Below are positions 28,559 to 38,779 of a DNA stretch of 64,000 nt, piece by piece; within the stretch, counting starts at the first letter, position 1; the number at the start of each line of letters is the position of its first letter. The position numbers and the translations under genes are program-made. Under the pieces are notes generated by a model. The model ran no database searches. It was not told where the DNA came from and worked only from the letters and a program-made list of their open reading frames with translations. Source of the stretch: Candidatus Latescibacterota bacterium (lineage in GTDB: Bacteria; Latescibacterota; UBA2968; UBA8231); NCBI GenBank assembly GCA_963422735.1, contig OY730476.1, positions 3,168,001 to 3,232,000 of the forward strand, given 5' to 3'.

Positions 28559-29920
28559 ATGATCGACCCAAAGGCCGTGCGCGCCCATCCCGACGTCATG
28601 CGCGAAGCGATACGGGTGCGAAAGGTTGACCCGGCCAAAGCCAATGTAGATCGCTGGTTGGCCCTCGACGCAGCGCGGCAAAAGCTGCAACGCGACATCG
28701 ACGCGCTCAATAGCGAGAAAAAGCAACTGGCGCGGCTCGGCCGCACTGACCCGGACGCGGCGCGGCAAAAGGGGCGTCAGTTGCGCGAGCGCGGGCGAGT
28801 GCTGGAGCACGAGTTGGAAACCGTCGTCGCCGAATGGCAAGCAATCATGGATTGGTTCCCCAATTGGCCGCATCCCGACATGCCCGCCGGTGCTGGCGAG
28901 GAAGACAACGTCGAAGAGAAGGCTTGGATTCCAGGGCAGGGCTATCTAGCCGCCGACAAGCTAGGCCGCGGAAACACCAGCGCCCAATACATGCCCAAGC
29001 GGCCCCTGCATGCCCAAGACGACGCCTTTGCGCCCCTCCATCACGCTGAACTCGGCGTCAAATTAGGCGGTATCGACACCTTGCAGGGCGGCCAAGTCTC
29101 CGGCTCGCGCTTTGCTTATTTGCGCGGCGATGTCGCCCGGATGCAATACGCCCTGAGCCAGCTACTCATTGACGAGCTTTTAGCGCGTGGGTACGAGATG
29201 TTCGTGCCGCCTCTCCTGGTGAGGGAGCGCTCGCTATATGGCACTTCGCACTTTCCGGAAGGACGCAACCAAGTCTATGCCATTAAGACCGATAACGTAG
29301 AAGAAGGGGCCGAGCTTTTCCTAGTCGGCTCCTCTGAGCCGGCCAATTTCAGCTACTTCATGGACCAGACCTTGAACGCGGCCGAGTTGCCCGTCAAGCT
29401 CTTTGCCTATACGGCCTGCTTTCGCTCGGAAGCCGGGTCTTGGGGCCAAGACGTAAAGGGCATCAAGCGCATGCACCAGTTCGACAAAATCGAAATGAAC
29501 GCCGTGTGCCTGCCCGATCAATCCGCGGCTCTGTACGAGGAATTCGGCCAAATCAACGAATGGATCCTGCAAAAGTTGGCCTTGCCCTACCGGGTCGTCG
29601 ATAAGTGCCACGGCGACGCCGGCTATCTGGCCAGCCATCGGCAGCGGGACATGGAAGTGTGGATGTCCGGGACGGGCGAGTTCATGGAGGTAATGACCGA
29701 CACCAACGCCACGGACTATCAGGCCCGGCGCTTGAACATCCGCTACAAGGGCGCGAGCGGGCGGGGTTTCTGCCATCTAGTCAACGACACGGGTTGCGCG
29801 ATGGGCCGGCTGCTGATCGCCATTTTGGACAACTATCAACAACCCGACGGCGCAATACAGGTCCCCAAACCCTTGCAACGGGTCGTAAAGAAAAGTGCCC
29901 TGCAACCGAAAGGCGCGTGA
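28559..29920 (+). CDS. serS: Serine--tRNA ligase
   Basis: N-terminal coiled coil, PN.PH.D.P.G..E.DN, SGSRF.YL, CFRSEAGS.G.D.KG..R.HQF.K.E, TDYQARRL. Confidence 0.93.
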   Translation: MIDPKAVRAHPDVMREAIRVRKVDPAKANVDRWLALDAARQKLQRDIDALNSEKKQLARLGRTDPDAARQKGRQLRERGRVLEHELETVVAEWQAIMDWFPNWPHPDMPAGAGEEDNVEEKAWIPGQGYLAADKLGRGNTSAQYMPKRPLHAQDDAFAPLHHAELGVKLGGIDTLQGGQVSGSRFAYLRGDVARMQYALSQLLIDELLARGYEMFVPPLLVRERSLYGTSHFPEGRNQVYAIKTDNVEEGAELFLVGSSEPANFSYFMDQTLNAAELPVKLFAYTACFRSEAGSWGQDVKGIKRMHQFDKIEMNAVCLPDQSAALYEEFGQINEWILQKLALPYRVVDKCHGDAGYLASHRQRDMEVWMSGTGEFMEVMTDTNATDYQARRLNIRYKGASGRGFCHLVNDTGCAMGRLLIAILDNYQQPDGAIQVPKPLQRVVKKSALQPKGA

Positions 29921-30804
29921 TGGGCAAGCGACTCGATGGCCGGGCAATTGCGGCCCAAGTGCAAGAAGAGCTGCGGGCGGACATCGCGCACCTGAAGCGG
30001 GAGCACGGTCTAGTGCCGGGCTTGGCGGTCGTGCTGGTGGGGGACGACCCGGCCTCGCTGTCCTACGTGCGCGCCAAGGGCCGAGCCTGCGAAGCCCTCG
30101 GCATTCACTCCGTGCAAATAGATCTGCCGGCCAATTCCAACACTGAGGACGTGCTAGCCACCGTCGAGCGGCTCAACGCCGATGACGCGATCCACGGCAT
30201 CTTAGTGCAGCTACCGCTGCCAAGCCAAGACGAGCAACAAGTCCTCAACGCCATTGATCCGGACAAGGACATTGATGGTTTGCACCCGGTCAATTTGGGC
30301 CGCCTCGTGCGGCAGGAGGAGTGCTTTTGGCCCTGTACGCCGCACGGGGTCTTGCAGATCCTCAGCCGCAGTGGGGTCGAGGTAGATGGCCAGCACGTGG
30401 TCGTGGTCGGCCGGAGCACTCTCGTGGGGCGGCCCGTAGCCATCTTGCTGGGGCACAAGGCAGCCGGGGCCAATGCCACGGTGACCGTGTGCCACACCGG
30501 CACCCGCGACCTCGGGCACTTTACGCGCCAAGCGGACATCCTAGTGGTGGCGGCAGGGTTCCCCCGTGGCATCACCGCGGATATGGTCAAAGAAGGTGCC
30601 GTGGTAATCGACGTGGGCATCAACCAAGTTGACGATCCCTCGCGCGAACGCGGCTGGCGTCTCGTCGGAGATGTGGACTACAAACAGGTGCGCGCGAAGG
30701 CCAGCGCGATCACCCCCGTACCCAATGGGGTCGGGCCAATGACGATTGCGCTGTTGCTCTACAACACGGTGTGGGCGGCCAGGCGGCAGGTGGAGCTGGA
30801 GTAG
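29920..30804 (+). CDS. folD: Methylenetetrahydrofolate dehydrogenase/cyclohydrolase
   Basis: PGLAVVLVGDDPAS..YV, GILVQLPLP, KD.DGLHP.N, PCTP.G, TPVP.GVGPMT. Confidence 0.96.
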   Translation: MGKRLDGRAIAAQVQEELRADIAHLKREHGLVPGLAVVLVGDDPASLSYVRAKGRACEALGIHSVQIDLPANSNTEDVLATVERLNADDAIHGILVQLPLPSQDEQQVLNAIDPDKDIDGLHPVNLGRLVRQEECFWPCTPHGVLQILSRSGVEVDGQHVVVVGRSTLVGRPVAILLGHKAAGANATVTVCHTGTRDLGHFTRQADILVVAAGFPRGITADMVKEGAVVIDVGINQVDDPSRERGWRLVGDVDYKQVRAKASAITPVPNGVGPMTIALLLYNTVWAARRQVELE

Positions 30805-30975
30805 AGTTGCAAAGGGGAACTTCGATATGACGACAAAGCAAATCCTTAGCAGTCCTCAGCAGTCCTCTTCGGGCCTATTGCGAAAGGGGCTAAAGGCTAC
30901 CTTTGCCACTAGGCAGGAGACCGAGCATGGCTACCGATCATTTTTTGATGCCCCTACCCCTCGACCGCTGCTACC

Positions 30976-33534
30976 TCATCTAGCCTCGGCCCAGTGGACC
31001 AACCCCATTTCCAAGGGATTTTGCAGGTCTGGGTGCGAGGGTACCACGCGCAGAGTGTAGCCGTGTGAGCCAGCCGCGATGCACGTGAAAGTGCCGACGA
31101 AGTGGTGGGTGCCGTCGCCATTGTGACCGGCCAATTCCAGCGGGTACACCTCGGTTTGCGCGAACTCGTGCTGGGCGTTGAGGCGGCCGGCGTAGAGCTC
31201 GACGCGAACATCCTCTGGGGCTAGCTCGCCCAAGGCCACCGCGGTGCGCAACGGCACCTGCATCCCTACCTTGAGCAGCCGCGGAAATTCGGCATCCACC
31301 TCGCCGATCTGAACCTGCGCCCACTTGGAGCGCACGTGCGACTTCCAATGCGTCAGCCGCTGAACCCGCTCGCGGTCGGTCGCCAATTCCTCAAAGCGGG
31401 CTTGTCCGGGCAAGTAGAACCTCTCGACGTACTCGCGGACCATGCGGTGCGTGTTGTATTGCGGCGCAAGCTGGGCGATGGTCTCCTTCATGCGGGCGAT
31501 CCAATCGCCGGGCAGTCCGTCTGCATCGCGCTGGTAGAAGAGCGGGATCACTTCGGTCTCTAGCAGGTCGTAGAGCGAGTTGGACTCGACCTCGTCTTGG
31601 TAGTGTTCGTCGTCGTAGTCCTCGCCGCGGCCAATCGTCCAACCAGCGTGCTTGTCACAGGCTTCGTCCCACCAGCCGTCGAATACGCTGACATTGAGCA
31701 CGCCATTGACCGCGGCCTTCATGCCAGACGTGCCCGAAGCCTCCAAGGGGCGGCGGGGATTGTTGAGCCAGACATCGCACCCTTGCACTAAGTAGCGGGC
31801 GAGGTTCATATCGTAGTCTTGCAAAAAGAAAATCCGGCCATTAAAGGGTGCTTGCCGTGCAAGGTGGACGATTTGGCGGATCAGCTCTTTGCCGGCATCG
31901 TCGTGGGGGTGGGCCTTGCCGGCGAAGAGAATCTGCAAGGGCCGCTGCGAGTCGGAGAACAGGGCCTTGAGCCGCTCGATATTGCGGAAAATCAGGTTGC
32001 CGCGCTTGTAGGTAGCAAAGCGGCGGGCAAAGCCAATGGTTAGCACCTCGGGGTCGAGCCGCGCTAGAGCCTGTTCAATTTTGGCCAGCGGCGCACCTTG
32101 GCCCTGCATCTGCTGGCGCAGGTGATGGCGGGTTACGTCAATCAACCGCTTGCGTCGGTGCTGGTGCGTGTTCCACAACTCGCGGTCGGGGATGTGATAG
32201 ACCGGGTCCCAATCGCGCTCGTCGGCCGATACAAAGTGCCAAGTGTCGCCGAGATGGCGGTCGAACAGCTCGGCCATTTCCAGCGAGATCCACGTGTGGA
32301 GATGGACGCCATTGGTGACGTGGCCGATGGGGATTTCGCGCTCTGAAAAGTCGGGCCACAAGCCCCGCCACATGCGGCGGCTAACCGCGCCGTGCAGGCG
32401 ACTGACGCCATTGGCCCGGCCCGAGAGCCTGAGTGCCAAGACCGTCATGCAGAAGTCGGCGTGGGGATCGCGGGGGTCAACCCGGCCCAAGCCGATAAAT
32501 TCCTCGTGCGACAGGCCGAGCCACTCGCGGAAATAACCCAAGTGCGCCTCGACCAAGTGCGCGGGGAACCAGTCGTTGCCCGCCGCGACCGGGGTGTGTG
32601 TAGTAAATACATGGCCCACGACGCTGGCCTCGCGGGCCATAGCAAACGAATAGCCGTGCTCGGCCATGAGCCGGCGAATCCGCTCTAGGGCCAAGAAGGC
32701 CGAGTGCCCTTCGTTCATGTGGCAGACAGTGGGTTCGATGCCCACGGCTTGGAGGGCGCGCAGGCCGCCGATGCCGAGGAGGATCTCCTGCCGAATGCGC
32801 ATGGCCGCGTCGCCGGCGTAGAGGCGGGCGGTAATATCGCGGTCCGCAGGGGCGTTTTCGTCGAGACTGGTATCGAGCAAATAGAGCCGCACCCGACCCA
32901 CTTGCACCTGCCATATCCGCGCCTGTACCAAGCCGTGGGCAAAGGGAACCTCAATGGTCAGGTGTTCTCTGTCGCGGGTGAGGACCGGCTGTACGGGCAT
33001 CTGGTAGAAGTCGCTTTCCGGGTTGTGCTCTGTCTGCCAGCCATCGGCGTTGAGGGCTTGGTGGAAATAGCCCTCTCGGTAGAGCAAGCCGACTCCGACG
33101 AGGGGAATGCCTAGATCGCTGGCGGCTTTGAGATGGTCGCCGGCGAGTACGCCCAAGCCCCCGGAGTAGATGCGCAGGCTCTCGGTCAGACCGAACTCCG
33201 CCGAGAAGTACGCAACCTGTAGCTGGCTCTCGCCGTGCGTCTGGCCAAACCACGCCGGATGGGACAAATAGCCCTCGAATTGCTCGACGATGCGCTCGAT
33301 GCGGCCCCGCAGTTGCTCGTCGGCGATTAGGGCATCGAGCTGGTCCGGCCGCAGGGAAGCCCAAAAGCGCAGGGGATCGCGCTGGCTAGCGAGCCAAGTT
33401 TCCGGGTCAATCTGGTAAATGGTGCGGATGGTTTCCTTGCTCCAAGTCCACCAAAGGTTGTGCCCCAACTCCCATAGCGGTGTCAGTTGCTCGGGTAAGG
33501 ACGGGATAATATTGAGGCGATGTAGAGGTTTCAT
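30976..33534 (-). CDS. glgP: Alpha-glucan (glycogen/starch) phosphorylase
   Basis: YSGGLG.LAGD.LK, HMNEGH, GFARRFATYKR, EASGTSGMK. Confidence 0.95.
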   Translation of the reverse strand: MKPLHRLNIIPSLPEQLTPLWELGHNLWWTWSKETIRTIYQIDPETWLASQRDPLRFWASLRPDQLDALIADEQLRGRIERIVEQFEGYLSHPAWFGQTHGESQLQVAYFSAEFGLTESLRIYSGGLGVLAGDHLKAASDLGIPLVGVGLLYREGYFHQALNADGWQTEHNPESDFYQMPVQPVLTRDREHLTIEVPFAHGLVQARIWQVQVGRVRLYLLDTSLDENAPADRDITARLYAGDAAMRIRQEILLGIGGLRALQAVGIEPTVCHMNEGHSAFLALERIRRLMAEHGYSFAMAREASVVGHVFTTHTPVAAGNDWFPAHLVEAHLGYFREWLGLSHEEFIGLGRVDPRDPHADFCMTVLALRLSGRANGVSRLHGAVSRRMWRGLWPDFSEREIPIGHVTNGVHLHTWISLEMAELFDRHLGDTWHFVSADERDWDPVYHIPDRELWNTHQHRRKRLIDVTRHHLRQQMQGQGAPLAKIEQALARLDPEVLTIGFARRFATYKRGNLIFRNIERLKALFSDSQRPLQILFAGKAHPHDDAGKELIRQIVHLARQAPFNGRIFFLQDYDMNLARYLVQGCDVWLNNPRRPLEASGTSGMKAAVNGVLNVSVFDGWWDEACDKHAGWTIGRGEDYDDEHYQDEVESNSLYDLLETEVIPLFYQRDADGLPGDWIARMKETIAQLAPQYNTHRMVREYVERFYLPGQARFEELATDRERVQRLTHWKSHVRSKWAQVQIGEVDAEFPRLLKVGMQVPLRTAVALGELAPEDVRVELYAGRLNAQHEFAQTEVYPLELAGHNGDGTHHFVGTFTCIAAGSHGYTLRVVPSHPDLQNPLEMGLVHWAEAR

Positions 33535-33604
33535 TCTTAGTTTCTTAATTCGATTAGGTTGAAAGGACGCCCTAAGACAGCGGAGAAGGTGCGTTTTGTC
33601 AAGG

Positions 33605-33758
33605 TTAGCTTGAAGCCTTTAGGCTTTTAGCCCTCGGGCGAAGTGCATAGGAGTGCGAGGTCTTACTTCGCCCGAGCGCAAATCCTATCTTTTAACACTC
33701 TTTTAACACTCTGCCGTGGATCGGGATCAGCAAAAGCCCAAGCTAAGCCTTCAGGCTT
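33605..33758. repeat. Structured intergenic region with palindromes, a hairpin and an 11-bp direct repeat
   Basis: AAGCCT-NN-AGGCTT at 33613-33626 and 33745-33758; perfect 12-bp stem 33633-33644/33665-33676; TCTTTTAACAC x2 at 33688-33709. Confidence 0.6.
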
Positions 33759-33790
33759 GGCATCTACCAAGAACATTTCAGGAGCATGTT

Positions 33791-34801
33791 ATGAGCCATA
33801 CGCCCGAAGTAATCATCAGTGGTTTCGCCGACGAAGGGCCGGCTGACAAAAAGGCCGAAGCCCAGCTAACCATGCTCGCAACGCTGGGCATGTCGCACTA
33901 CAGCTTGCGCTTTGTGGACGTGGGACAAGGCGTAAAAAACGCGATGCACCTAACGCGGCCCGAGGTCGTGCGGCTGCGCCAATTGCACGGCGAATTTGGG
34001 ATTGCGGTGGCCTCAATCGGCTCGCCGATCGGCAAGGTCAAGCTGTGCGATGTGGAAGACGGCTCGGCCAACACCTATATCCCATTTGACCAGTACTTGC
34101 GACAGGACGTGCAGCGGGCTGTGGATTTGGCCGGCGAGTTCGAGACGCGGCTGATCCGCGGGTTCTCCTTTTACCATCCCCAGGGCGAGGACCCAGCCGG
34201 TTACGTGGAACCGGCGGCTGAGCGGCTGGCGAAAATCGCCGAGGTCTGCAGCCGGGGCGGGGCCATTTTCGGCCTAGAGGTCGAGGCCAACCTCGTCGGT
34301 CAGAACGGGCGGCTCCTGCAAAAGCTCTACGAGATGGTGGACCACCCCAACTTGTGCCTTATTTTCGACGGCGGCAACCTGTCGAGCCAAAATTTCACCT
34401 CGGTCGAAACCCTAGCCGAGTATCGTGCGATGCGCGAGGGGATTGGCTGGATGCACATCAAGGACTACAAGATCGACCCGGCCCTCCAATGGGAGGGCGT
34501 CGTGGACGAGGAGCGGCTCAAAAATTTTGTGCCCGCCGACCGCGGCGATTCCGGGCACGAGGCCATATTGCGCGACTTCCGCACCCGCATCCCGGCCCTA
34601 GAACGCGAGCTGAAGCAAAAGGGGGTCCCCGGCGTATTCCTCGACCTAGAGCCGCACCTAAAGGGCGGCGGACAGTTTGGCGGCTTCAGCGGCGTCGATG
34701 GGTTCGGGGTTGCGCTGCGGGCCCTGCTCAACCTGCTCGACTACGTGGGCATCGGCTACGCATTGACGGACTACGAGGCCATCGCCCGGCAGCCGGACTA
34801 G
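33791..34801 (+). CDS. Sugar phosphate isomerase/epimerase TIM-barrel protein
   Basis: ISGFADE, IGSPIGK, IR.FSFY, FD.GN, H.KD, LEPHL. Confidence 0.88.
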   Translation: MSHTPEVIISGFADEGPADKKAEAQLTMLATLGMSHYSLRFVDVGQGVKNAMHLTRPEVVRLRQLHGEFGIAVASIGSPIGKVKLCDVEDGSANTYIPFDQYLRQDVQRAVDLAGEFETRLIRGFSFYHPQGEDPAGYVEPAAERLAKIAEVCSRGGAIFGLEVEANLVGQNGRLLQKLYEMVDHPNLCLIFDGGNLSSQNFTSVETLAEYRAMREGIGWMHIKDYKIDPALQWEGVVDEERLKNFVPADRGDSGHEAILRDFRTRIPALERELKQKGVPGVFLDLEPHLKGGGQFGGFSGVDGFGVALRALLNLLDYVGIGYALTDYEAIARQPD

Positions 34802-36027
34802 CATCCTTGCGCCACCAGCTCCTCGTGCCGCTTTTGGAAGGCCGCGCTGTTGTCGTCCTCAATCACTTTCAAATCGACACCTTGCTCAAAGCCTGGGATG
34901 TTGCCGGCGTAGAAAGCCCGCTGATAGCGGTCTTCAGCGGTAAATTCCCACTCCCGCGCTTTGCTGCCACCCGGCCAGTACACGCAGAGAATGCGCTTTT
35001 GGGCTAAGTAGCGGTGCTTGGGCGTAGGCTCTTCAGGATCCACTCGGTAGGTTGCAATCGCCTCTTCATCTACGGAGACGCCCAAGCCGGGCGCGTCTGG
35101 AACCGGCATATAGCCATCGCGGACCTCAATAGGCTCTTGCAGCAGGTCGTCCTCCCACAGCTCGTGGCAGGTGATATAGGGCAGTTGGGCGTGCGAGAGC
35201 ACCGCGCCGAGGTGCGCCGCATAAGCGGTGGTGAGGCCAGCGCCGACGAGCTGGAGCCAAAAGGGCTTGTTGTGGGCGGCCGCGAGGGTTGCCGACCGCC
35301 GGGTCTCGGTCGCGCCGCTGCCGATGACGAAACCATCGCAGCAGTTGTTGCGCAGATATTGGTCTTGGTAGTGCTCGACAATGGGTTTGCGCACCCGCTC
35401 GCGCAAAATTCGCGCCCCATCTACGTCCGAGTGCAGGTAAAACGGGCTTTCGTACATACCGACATTGGGGTTTTCGTCGAGTTTTTGCAGGATGATTTCG
35501 GCCTTGGCTTGGTTGAGCAAGAAGCCGTTGAAGTCAACGTCGAATTTGTAGTCGGCCGGGACGACCTCGGCGACCGCATCGGTTTGGGCGATGATGTCGC
35601 GCCAAGGGCGGGCTTTCATCTTAAAGGTGGTGTACCCGCGCTTTAGCGATTCCTCGGCCTCGGCGACCCAGTCTTGGGGCGGCATATCTATATCCCACCA
35701 AGATATGGGGCAGCGGTCGCGGAGCTTGACGCCGAGCAGCGCGTGTACGGGCACGCCGTTGTCTTGACCCACTAGGTCGAGGCAGGCAACTTGAGGACCA
35801 AAGCCAATATCATCGCGGTTTATCAGGCTGGCTGGGTTTTGCCCAACGAGGCCATCGATGGCTGGCTGGCCGTGGCTGTCGGCCCAGCCCACGAGGCCGT
35901 TGTCCGTCTCTAAGCGCACGACCCACACGCGCTCGTCGTGGGTAGAAGCACGTTGCATGGCGCGGGTGACGTGTTCGGCGTAGAAGGGGATGTTGAGGGC
36001 AATGGATTCAGCGTGGGTGATCTTCAT
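34798..36027 (-). CDS. Mandelate racemase/muconate lactonizing enzyme (enolase superfamily)
   Basis: GVPVH.LLG, KMK, D.N, E.P, VPD.PGLGV. Confidence 0.88.
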   Translation of the reverse strand: MKITHAESIALNIPFYAEHVTRAMQRASTHDERVWVVRLETDNGLVGWADSHGQPAIDGLVGQNPASLINRDDIGFGPQVACLDLVGQDNGVPVHALLGVKLRDRCPISWWDIDMPPQDWVAEAEESLKRGYTTFKMKARPWRDIIAQTDAVAEVVPADYKFDVDFNGFLLNQAKAEIILQKLDENPNVGMYESPFYLHSDVDGARILRERVRKPIVEHYQDQYLRNNCCDGFVIGSGATETRRSATLAAAHNKPFWLQLVGAGLTTAYAAHLGAVLSHAQLPYITCHELWEDDLLQEPIEVRDGYMPVPDAPGLGVSVDEEAIATYRVDPEEPTPKHRYLAQKRILCVYWPGGSKAREWEFTAEDRYQRAFYAGNIPGFEQGVDLKVIEDDNSAAFQKRHEELVAQGC

Positions 36028-36103
36028 GGGGCCTCCGCGGATGATGGGTCACAGGCGAATGGACAGAAGACACGCAAAAACTCGCATGTGAGCAACCGTT
36101 AAT

Positions 36104-36230
36104 TTAGTGGTTAGTGATCCGCGACCAGAACCCTCTTTGGGAGTGGCGGCGGGAAACTGATCACTAGCCACTGATCACTAGCCACTGATCACTAGCCACT
36201 GATCACTAACCACTGATCACTAACCACTAA
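36104..36230. repeat. Tandem repeat 5 x 14 bp (CTGATCACTARCCA) with an upstream inverted copy
   Basis: Units span 36157-36226; TTAGTGGTTAGTGATC (36104-36119) is the reverse complement of 36215-36230. Confidence 0.92.
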
Positions 36231-36244
36231 TAAAAGGCAACGCC

Positions 36245-37744
36245 ATGAGCAGGATGTGTGAAACCTTTGTAGAACGCCTCCACGAACTGGCCGACATAAA
36301 CCACGCGCAGGGGCTGATGAGCTGGGACCAAGAGACCTATATGCCGCCACGGGGCGCAGCCATGCGGGCCAGATCGCTGGGGACCTTGGCCGGTCTGTAT
36401 CACGAGCGGCTCACCGCACCAGAGTTGGTCGCGCTCGTAGCAAACCTCAAAGACGCCGAGCTAACAGGCGACGCGGCCGTCAATGTCCGCGAAATTGACC
36501 GCCAGCAGAGCCGGTCGCTCAAGCTCCCCAAGGAGCTAGTCGTCGAGCTGAGCCAGACCGAGTCCTTGGGGCACGAGGCTTGGGTCGAGGCGCGAAAAAA
36601 ATCGGACTTCGCGCTCTTCCAGCCTTGGCTGGAGAAAATAGTTGCGCTCAAAAAGGAGGTGGCCGAGCGAATCGGGTACGAAGGCGCGATGTACAACGCG
36701 CTACTCGACGAGTACGAGCCTTATGCACGGGCCGAGGAGATCGCCCCAGTTTTTGACCAACTCAAAGCGCAGCTCGTGCCGCTAGTCGAACAGATCGCCG
36801 CCACCGGACAGTACCCGGCGCGGAGTGTACTCGACCAAGAATACCCCATCGAGCAACAGGAGCTTTTGGGACGGCAGGTGTTAGCGGACATGGGCTTCGA
36901 CATGCAGGCCGGGCGGCTCGACTTGGCAGTGCATCCGTTTTGCTCGGGCACATCCCGCAACGATGTGCGGCTGACGACGCGCTACAGTGCCGACTGGCTG
37001 CCCGGCGCGCTCTTTGGCACCATCCACGAGGGCGGGCACGGGCTGTACGAACAGGGCTTGCCCGCCGACGCCAGCGGCACCCCGGCCGGCGAGAGTGTCT
37101 CGCTGGGGATACACGAGTCGCAATCGCGGCTGTGGGAGAACATGGTCGGCCGCAGCAAAGCCTTTTGGATGCATTACCTGCCCAAGCTACGAGCGCTTTT
37201 TCCCCAGCAGCTCAGCGCGGTTGATCTAGACGCCTTTTACGCAGCGGTCAATCAAGTCGAGCCTTCGCTGATCCGGGTCGAGGCCGACGAGGTGACGTAC
37301 AACCTCCACATCTTGCTGCGTTTTGAACTGGAGTGCGACCTAATTGAGGGGCGGGTTGCGGTGGCTGAGTTACCCGCGGCGTGGAACGAGCGGATGGAGC
37401 AATACTTGGGCATCCGCCCCCCCGACGACGCCCGTGGTGTGCTCCAAGACACGCACTGGTCCTGCGGCCTGCTGGGCTATTTCCCGACCTACGCGCTGGG
37501 CAACCTGTACGCGGCCCAGTTTTTTCACCAAGCCCACCAGGACTTGCCCGACCTCGAAGCACAGATCGCGCAGGGCGTGCTCGGACCGCTTAAAACTTGG
37601 CTCAACGAAAAAATCCACGTCCGGGGCGCACGGGCAACGGCCAGCGAATTAGTCGAGGAGGTGACGGGCGCGAAGCTGAATGCCGATTACTTCATCGCCT
37701 ATTTGCAGGAGAAATTCGGGGCGCTATACGGCCTCAACCGATGA
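36245..37744 (+). CDS. Carboxypeptidase Taq (M32)
   Basis: WDQET.MP, HPF, HEGGH.LYEQG, HESQSR.WEN, IRVEADE, GYFPTY.LG. Confidence 0.95.
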   Translation: MSRMCETFVERLHELADINHAQGLMSWDQETYMPPRGAAMRARSLGTLAGLYHERLTAPELVALVANLKDAELTGDAAVNVREIDRQQSRSLKLPKELVVELSQTESLGHEAWVEARKKSDFALFQPWLEKIVALKKEVAERIGYEGAMYNALLDEYEPYARAEEIAPVFDQLKAQLVPLVEQIAATGQYPARSVLDQEYPIEQQELLGRQVLADMGFDMQAGRLDLAVHPFCSGTSRNDVRLTTRYSADWLPGALFGTIHEGGHGLYEQGLPADASGTPAGESVSLGIHESQSRLWENMVGRSKAFWMHYLPKLRALFPQQLSAVDLDAFYAAVNQVEPSLIRVEADEVTYNLHILLRFELECDLIEGRVAVAELPAAWNERMEQYLGIRPPDDARGVLQDTHWSCGLLGYFPTYALGNLYAAQFFHQAHQDLPDLEAQIAQGVLGPLKTWLNEKIHVRGARATASELVEEVTGAKLNADYFIAYLQEKFGALYGLNR

Positions 37745-38756
37745 CCTGTTGTAGGAGGCGGAGCTGGTTCGCGCCGAGGATCTTGCGGACATCGGCTTCG
37801 GCATAGCCGCGGGCGGCCAGCCCCACCGCAATGTCTGGGAGGCAGGTCGCGTCTTCCAAGAGCAAGCCGCCTCCGTCAAAATCCGACCCCAAGCCAACGT
37901 GGTTGATACCGGCGATGGAAACTGCGTGTTCAATGTGGTCGAGCAGGCCGCCGAAGGTGGGATTGTGCGCGTCGATAAAGTCCGGGACAAAGGTGATGCT
38001 CACGACTCCGCCCTTTTCGGCGAGCGCGCGCAGTTGATCGTCGCGGAGGTTGCGCGGGTGGTCGCAGAGGGCGCGGCAGCAGCTATGGGTGGCCATAAAG
38101 GGAGCTTGGGCCGCTCGGGCCACGTCCCAAAAGCCCAGCTCGTTGAGATGGGATACATCGACGACCACGCCCAGCTCGTTCATTTGCGCTAGTGCTTGGC
38201 GGCCAAAGCCGGTCAGACCTCCTCCTCCCGTGACCTCGCAGCCGTCTCCAGCCCAAGAGCGGGTGCTGTGGGTGAGGGTCATGGCTCGGACGCCCAGCCG
38301 GTACAGCAGCGGCAGGACGTGGGGGCTTCTCTCCAGCGCATCGCTGTTTTCCACCGCCACTATGGCCGCTAGTCGGCCCTCGGCGCGAGCGCGCTCAATG
38401 TCAGCCGCGCAGCGCGCCACGGCAATGCCCTCGCTGTGCTGTTCCACTTCTTGCAAAAAATAGCCCAAGGCGTCCATGCAGTAGAGCAAGTGATTGCCCC
38501 AAGGGCGAGTGCAATCAACGGCAAAAAACGCCGCGTCCAGTCCGCCCTCGTGCGCCTTGGGCAAGTCGAGTTGAACGCCGTCGCCCAGCGGCTGGTACTG
38601 GCGCAAATAAGCGACCGCCCCCTCGCGCTGGTGGAAGTCAACGCGCTGGGTGCCGTCTATGGACATGCCCCGGCGGATCCAGGCGACGATGCTGTCGTTG
38701 TGAGCATCGATGACCAAGGAGTCTTGGTGTAGGCGATGGGCGGTCTGTTCGTCCAT
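37734..38756 (-). CDS. Membrane dipeptidase (M19)
   Basis: IDAHND, DVSH, THS.CRAL..HPRN..D, GLGSDFDG; start trimmed to MDEQ. Confidence 0.93.
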   Translation of the reverse strand: MDEQTAHRLHQDSLVIDAHNDSIVAWIRRGMSIDGTQRVDFHQREGAVAYLRQYQPLGDGVQLDLPKAHEGGLDAAFFAVDCTRPWGNHLLYCMDALGYFLQEVEQHSEGIAVARCAADIERARAEGRLAAIVAVENSDALERSPHVLPLLYRLGVRAMTLTHSTRSWAGDGCEVTGGGGLTGFGRQALAQMNELGVVVDVSHLNELGFWDVARAAQAPFMATHSCCRALCDHPRNLRDDQLRALAEKGGVVSITFVPDFIDAHNPTFGGLLDHIEHAVSIAGINHVGLGSDFDGGGLLLEDATCLPDIAVGLAARGYAEADVRKILGANQLRLLQQVIG

Positions 38757-38779
38757 TGCTTTATCCAGCGTCCCACCCT

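Noticed and set aside
30746-31060. ORF between folD and glgP
   Set aside because: Overlaps both neighbours and has no recognisable motif.
36157-36226. Possible mini-CRISPR
   Set aside because: Contiguous 14-bp units with no spacers.
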